Assembly: GCA_003151625.1 (NCBI GenBank)
Contig: PLYC01000010.1
Coordinates: 133,515-197,514, forward strand
DNA from: Candidatus Doudnabacteria bacterium
GTDB lineage: Bacteria > Patescibacteriota > Doudnabacteria > UBA920
DNA: 64,000 bases
Direction of reading: 5' to 3'
The position numbers and the translations under genes were made by a program. Below, piece after piece: positions 59,624 to 64,000 of this stretch. How positions within the stretch are numbered: position 1 is the stretch's first letter; each line of letters begins with the position of its first letter. The notes under the pieces are model-generated. The model ran no database searches. It was not told where the DNA came from and worked only from the letters and a program-made list of their open reading frames with translations.

Positions 59624-59995
59624 TTATCTCTCCGCCACCCGCGTTGCCTGTAAAAATTTTGGCGTGCCGGCCGGAACAAAATTTGCGGCTGTAAAATCGT
59701 TTTGGATTTGCACCATAGAAGAGGCTTCGGAGACCTGCAAGTTAATAGATTTATTACTGCTGTTTAAAACATTCAACTGTTTTTGCATAATGGCTATTTG
59801 ATACCCGGTGTCCGCAAACTGGTTTACCCCGTAAATGTAACTCATTAGCAAAACCGCGTTTACGGCAATTAGTGAAATGGAAAACCAAAATTTTAAATTG
59901 CTTTGGGTTTCGACTTTTTTAATTACGCGTATCCCGGGAGCTTTACGGGCGGAAAACGACTGCCAAAAATTATCTAGAACTAAGGCTTTTAACAT
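59624..59995 (-). CDS. FtsL-like cell division protein
   Basis: Single TM plus coiled coil; lies between rsmH and ftsI. Confidence 0.65.
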   Translation of the reverse strand: MLKALVLDNFWQSFSARKAPGIRVIKKVETQSNLKFWFSISLIAVNAVLLMSYIYGVNQFADTGYQIAIMQKQLNVLNSSNKSINLQVSEASSMVQIQNDFTAANFVPAGTPKFLQATRVAER

Positions 59996-60121
59996 AGACT
60001 CATTTGCTGACGATTTTAATTTTTATTTTTTGTTTTGAGCTTTTGGCTTGTTTTATTTTTATTTTTCCGGCGGAGCCGGATCCCGTTCCGCGGGACATAT
60101 CCATAATCATTTATTTGCGTG

Positions 60122-61153
60122 TTAAAGTTTTGTAATCGCTCTTAGCTTTGCCGGTTTGCTTTTACTATTCAGTGCTAATTCGTGCGAATTAGCACTCACC
60201 GGTTTTTTTGTTAAAATTCTGCCCCTAGGGTCTCGCCCGCAAATACATTGGGGGAAATCTGGAGGGCAAACACAGCCTTTGGTTAACCCAACAAAAAATT
60301 GTTTAACAATTCTGTCTTCCAGAGAATGAAAGCTTACCACCACAAGCCTACCGCCGGGAACTAACAAATCAAAGGCTTTGGGCAAAAATTCCTGCAAATT
60401 TTCCAACTCGTGATTAACCTCTATCCTCAAGGCCTGGAAAATTCTCCTGGCACTGTCATCGGCCTTATGCTTTACCGGCTTTGGCAGCGCCTCTTCGATA
60501 ATCTGATAAAGTTGGTCTGTGTGCGTTATTTGGTTCCTGGTTCTTGAGTCTTGAATCTTCCGGCCTATTTGCCGGGCAAACTTCTCCTCGCCGTAATCTT
60601 CAAAAATTTTTATCAGCCGTTTTTCGTCGTAACTATTTAAAATAAACTTTGCATCTTCCGGCTGGCTTTGGTTAAACCTCATATCCAGCGGCTGGTTTGT
60701 CTGGAAGCTAATTCCGCGATGTTCTAATTCGTACGATGACAGTCCGAGATCTGCGACAATCCCGTCAGGAGCGGGAAAATTATGATTCTTTACTATGTGA
60801 TCTATCTTGGCAAAATTCCCCTGGATTATCATCGCGTTTCCACCCTCCCCTAGCCCCTCCCCTGAAGGGAGGGGAAAAGAACCCCCTAGATGTTCTGCAG
60901 TTTCCTCTCCCTTTAGGGGGGAGGTTAGGTGGGGGTGATTTTTGATATTTAAAATTTGAAGTTTAAAATTTTCTACCGCATCTTTATCCAAATCAATGGC
61001 CAGTAATTTCCCAGTTTTACCAATTTCTTTTAATATCGCTTTACTGTATCCCCCACCTCCTAAAGTCGCGTCCACGATATTCTGACCAGAACCGGGACTA
61101 AGATACTCCAAAACCTCGTTAAGTAGGACTGGAATGTGTTCATAGGTGTTCAT
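60122..61153 (-). CDS. rsmH: 16S rRNA m4C1402 methyltransferase with an in-frame palindromic insertion
   Basis: HIPVLLNEV, DATLGGGG, DLGLSS, PLDMR, FQALRIEVN.EL, SFHSLEDRIVK. Confidence 0.96.
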   Translation of the reverse strand: MNTYEHIPVLLNEVLEYLSPGSGQNIVDATLGGGGYSKAILKEIGKTGKLLAIDLDKDAVENFKLQILNIKNHPHLTSPLKGEETAEHLGGSFPLPSGEGLGEGGNAMIIQGNFAKIDHIVKNHNFPAPDGIVADLGLSSYELEHRGISFQTNQPLDMRFNQSQPEDAKFILNSYDEKRLIKIFEDYGEEKFARQIGRKIQDSRTRNQITHTDQLYQIIEEALPKPVKHKADDSARRIFQALRIEVNHELENLQEFLPKAFDLLVPGGRLVVVSFHSLEDRIVKQFFVGLTKGCVCPPDFPQCICGRDPRGRILTKKPVSANSHELALNSKSKPAKLRAITKL

Positions 61154-61160
61154 TATGATA

Positions 61161-61370
61161 TTAACCAAAGCATGAAGATGTTTGTAAAATAAACTTCCAA
61201 TTTAAACTTGGAATCCAAATTCCTTTATAATTACACACTGATGCATAGCCTTCTCCTGATTTTAGGGTATCGGTAGTATTCCAGGAAAAGCGAATTCTAT
61301 TTGTCCAAACCAACGCTATTAAAAAAATCAAAATGATTATCGTACCGGTTATCTTTGTAGATTTTTTCAT
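61161..61370 (-). CDS. Small membrane-anchored hypothetical protein
   Basis: N-terminal TM; inserted between mraZ and rsmH. Confidence 0.55.
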   Translation of the reverse strand: MKKSTKITGTIIILIFLIALVWTNRIRFSWNTTDTLKSGEGYASVCNYKGIWIPSLNWKFILQTSSCFG

Positions 61371-61484
61371 TTTTGTTTTTCCCTGTCATTCCGGAATTTG
61401 GAGTGCGCCCGACAAATATCCGGAATCCAGGTATCCCAGAACGTCGCTAAATAAAACCGGAATGTGGCCATAGTTGTTCATTAC

Positions 61485-61697
61485 TTAAACATTAGTTTTT
61501 TTATTGCCCCGATTTAAAAGGATAAAAACTGCTCCCAAAATACCAGTTATGGGCACAAAGATAGCGATACCAATCCATCCGCTTCCTTGTGTAGAAGGCC
61601 GAAATAATATCACGATAGACCATAACAAATACCCCAAACTAACAATAAAAAAAAGTAGTACTATGATTCTTAAAACTTTTTTAATTTTTTGCCACAT
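61485..61697 (-). CDS. Small two-TM hypothetical protein
   Basis: Two hydrophobic segments. Confidence 0.55.
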   Translation of the reverse strand: MWQKIKKVLRIIVLLFFIVSLGYLLWSIVILFRPSTQGSGWIGIAIFVPITGILGAVFILLNRGNKKTNV

Positions 61698-61719
61698 TAT
61701 TTTTATTTTTTTGTTTATT

Positions 61720-61835
61720 TGTCATCCCGCCCGAGTGCATCCGAGAGCCGGGATCTAGTTCAAGCAAGAATCTGGATCCCGGATATTTTTTACGGCTGAC
61801 GATGTGCTTTGGCGTAAAAAATTCCGGGATGACAC
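61720..61835. repeat. GTCATCCCG...GGGATGAC REP-like element; half copy at 61385-61431, relative at 13067-13105
   Basis: gtcatcccg..gggatctag..ctggatcccgg..ccgggatgac. Confidence 0.7.
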
Positions 61836-61854
61836 ACCTTTTTTTAAAAAACGG

Positions 61855-62286
61855 CTAAACTCCTAAAGACCCCAACTGTTCCGCTATCTGGTTTGAAGCC
61901 GCTTCGGTTTGCGCTTTGTAGGCTGTCCAGAGTTCTTCGCTCCAAATTTCTATACGGTTGTAGAGGCCGACCACAATAACTTTTTTGTTGATTTTGGCGA
62001 ATGTTTTTAAATAGCCGGGAATGATTATGCGCCCCTGCTTGTCAATTTCACAATCCATGGCGCCGGCCAACATGAGCCTGGAAAAAGCGCGGGTATTGGC
62101 GGTAGAAATTGGGAGACTAGCCAACTTTTCCGCAAGCTTTTTCCACTCATCCATACTATACAAAAAAAGTGAATTGTCTAACCCCCTGGTAACAACAATT
62201 TTTGATTTCAAACTCGGGCGAAACTTTGCCGGAATGGAAATTCTGCCTTTGTCGTCAATACTGGCTTGATATTCGCCGATGAACAT
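61855..62286 (-). CDS. mraZ: Transcriptional regulator MraZ
   Basis: MFIGEY..IDDKGRISIPAKFR, DKQGRIIIP, RIEIW. Confidence 0.97.
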   Translation of the reverse strand: MFIGEYQASIDDKGRISIPAKFRPSLKSKIVVTRGLDNSLFLYSMDEWKKLAEKLASLPISTANTRAFSRLMLAGAMDCEIDKQGRIIIPGYLKTFAKINKKVIVVGLYNRIEIWSEELWTAYKAQTEAASNQIAEQLGSLGV

Positions 62287-62456
62287 TTTTCTAGTTTAGT
62301 TCTTGTTAGACCGCTGATTGGTCGCTGATAGGTACGCTGATCTTGCCGCTGAATTTTACCACCCTACTCGGGGAGAATGCTTAGACTCAGCGACTTTTCA
62401 GCGGTTACAGTCATTCAGCGGCTATTTCAGCGGAGTAGGGATATCCACAAGTCACA

Positions 62457-62490
62457 CCACTTATCCCCACTTTTATCCACTTTTTACCAT
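62457..62490 (-). promoter_or_regulatory. MraZ-binding direct repeats
   Basis: Four (G/A)TGG boxes at 10-nt period upstream of mraZ. Confidence 0.75.
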
Positions 62491-62646
62491 TGCTTATACA
62501 TTATATACCACAAAGACCCATAAGTCAAAGCTCGTAAAACTTTGTCAAACAATTAAAATACCCCTTAATTAAGGAGTATCTTAATACTTTTATAATTGTC
62601 TCTAAACTATATCCACAGCTATAAAAAAATTACTTGTTTTATGTCT

Positions 62647-63129
62647 TTATCCACTGATTATTTTGTAAGCCGCGATGCCAAAGGCCACGGAAACATTTAG
62701 GCTTTCCTTTTTACCGAGCATCGGGATTTCCACTACCGCATCGCAAAGCTTAAGCAATGACTTCTGTATCCCCTCCCGTTCCTCGCCTAAGATTAAAGCC
62801 AACGGAGACTTTGGTTTAAATTTATTTAGCGCCTTGGCTTTTACATTATTTTCCAAGCCGATGACTGTAAGTTTTGGGTATTGCTTGCGAAGTGACCTAA
62901 TAACCGCAAAAGCCGTGGGACTTTTTTCCCATGGTATCCAGGTTTCCGCTCCCAGCGCCACTTTGGATATTTTTGCAAGATGCGCGGGGTTTACAGGCGT
63001 ACCGGTATAGCCGGTTAAATAAATTTTATTGACATTAAAAGCGTCGGCAGTGCGAAAAATTGAGCCGACATTGTATAAAGATCTAATATTATTGGCAATT
63101 ACAAAAAATTCTTTGCCTGATTTTGGCAT
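62647..63129 (-). CDS. SpoU/TrmH family RNA methyltransferase
   Basis: NIRSLYNVGSIFRTADAF, ILGEEREGI, IPMLGKKESLNVSVA. Confidence 0.93.
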   Translation of the reverse strand: MPKSGKEFFVIANNIRSLYNVGSIFRTADAFNVNKIYLTGYTGTPVNPAHLAKISKVALGAETWIPWEKSPTAFAVIRSLRKQYPKLTVIGLENNVKAKALNKFKPKSPLALILGEEREGIQKSLLKLCDAVVEIPMLGKKESLNVSVAFGIAAYKIISG

Positions 63130-63325
63130 TTTTGTATTAGTAGGAATTACGCGCTTGGCCGAGTACGAGGCATTTTGGGAGGATTTTTGGAGGCGTAGTT
63201 CGACTACGTCGGCAAAAACCGCAGCAAAATAACGAAGTAATCGGCCAAGTCCTTGTGGTTTGAGGCAACAAGATATAATTTTTGTTCATTTTTGCCTCAA
63301 ACGCGTAAGTCCTAATTAGGACAAA

Positions 63326-63724
63326 CTATTTTTGAGAAGACCCGGCGTTACAAATTCTGTCAATTCGTTTTGTTAAGATCCCCATTGTGACATCGGACTT
63401 CATAAAATAAGCTTCAACTTTGTATTTAGTGACCTTCTCAATGCTTTCATTATCGCTCAAGTTACTGACCACTAACACGGGAGTTTTTGCCAAAACCTGC
63501 TCCGGCATGGCTCGCAATTTTTCCAGGAACTTGAAACCATCAAGTTTAGGCAAAAGCAAATCCAATACTATTAAGTCCGGCCGACTGGCCTCCACTTGAT
63601 GCAGGGCTTCTTCCCCGTCTTTGGCCGGCACTACCAAATATCTGCCGATTAATTGGCTAAGAATTACGTTTCTTAACATATCATCGTCCTCCACTACTAA
63701 AATTTTTTTATCTGAATAGCTCAT
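63326..63724 (-). CDS. Single-domain response regulator
   Basis: VVEDD, VLDLLLPKLDG, VVSN, MKSD. Confidence 0.9.
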   Translation of the reverse strand: MSYSDKKILVVEDDDMLRNVILSQLIGRYLVVPAKDGEEALHQVEASRPDLIVLDLLLPKLDGFKFLEKLRAMPEQVLAKTPVLVVSNLSDNESIEKVTKYKVEAYFMKSDVTMGILTKRIDRICNAGSSQK

Positions 63725-63742
63725 ATTTAAGGTCGATTATTT

Positions 63743-64000
63743 TTATACCAATAAACTTAAATTAACTCCGTCGTCCAACCTGCGGTCAAGCGTGCCATCC
63801 ATTTGAGTTAGAAAAATTTCACAGGTAATTGAAACTGCCATTTTAGATACATGGCCTCCGATGGTGGAAAAATCGGTTCGACCAAACATACCGTGGGAAT
63901 GTAGCACCGGCTGTCCGTCTTTTAAACCGCCGTTGCCGCTGAACGAAATAATTTCCAAATCTTCCACAAAAGGTTTTGTGCGCCAATTTTTTATATGGGT
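63743..64000 (-). CDS. PPC/DUF296 domain protein (5' end outside window)
   Basis: EIISFSGN..HSHG..GGHV..TCEIF. Confidence 0.85.
   Translation of the reverse strand, partial: THIKNWRTKPFVEDLEIISFSGNGGLKDGQPVLHSHGMFGRTDFSTIGGHVSKMAVSITCEIFLTQMDGTLDRRLDDGVNLSLLV

Noticed and set aside
63147-63310. Possible ncRNA between trmH and the response regulator
   Set aside because: Nested inverted repeats look like a MITE-type element; a single copy here gives no support for an RNA gene

Overview
Bacterial chromosome window (genetic code 11) whose gene content and repeat-rich intergenic style resemble Patescibacteria/CPR (inference, not proven). The flanks are housekeeping. Left: ybaK-like, scpA/scpB, a GH1-transporter-GH-ROK sugar operon, tRNA-Glu, lexA, dus, rplJ/rplL with an L10 leader, and a DEAD-box helicase. 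Right: doxX, ftsI, ftsL-like, rsmH, mraZ and trmH. Between about 19.2 and 56.6 kb lies an accessory region anchored at a tRNA-Gln locus. That locus has one intact tRNA, two hairpin-interrupted copies and a GIY-YIG nuclease gene. It is followed by about nine decayed tRNA-Gln 3' ends (..CAGCCA), many with shared arm motifs, that bracket gene cassettes: GT2, GNAT, MccF-like peptidase, a glycogen cluster, redox/stress genes and a two-component cluster. No integrase is visible. The region also holds an IS3 element and a histidine block: a YerC regulator, a complete his operon with a C-terminally truncated HisG and a HisA-HisF fusion, a histidine ammonia-lyase without other hut genes, and three HisRS genes, one with altered active-site motifs. 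Separately, short palindromic repeats sit in-frame inside YbaK, Dus and RsmH. All calls come from reading the sequence by eye; no searches were run.
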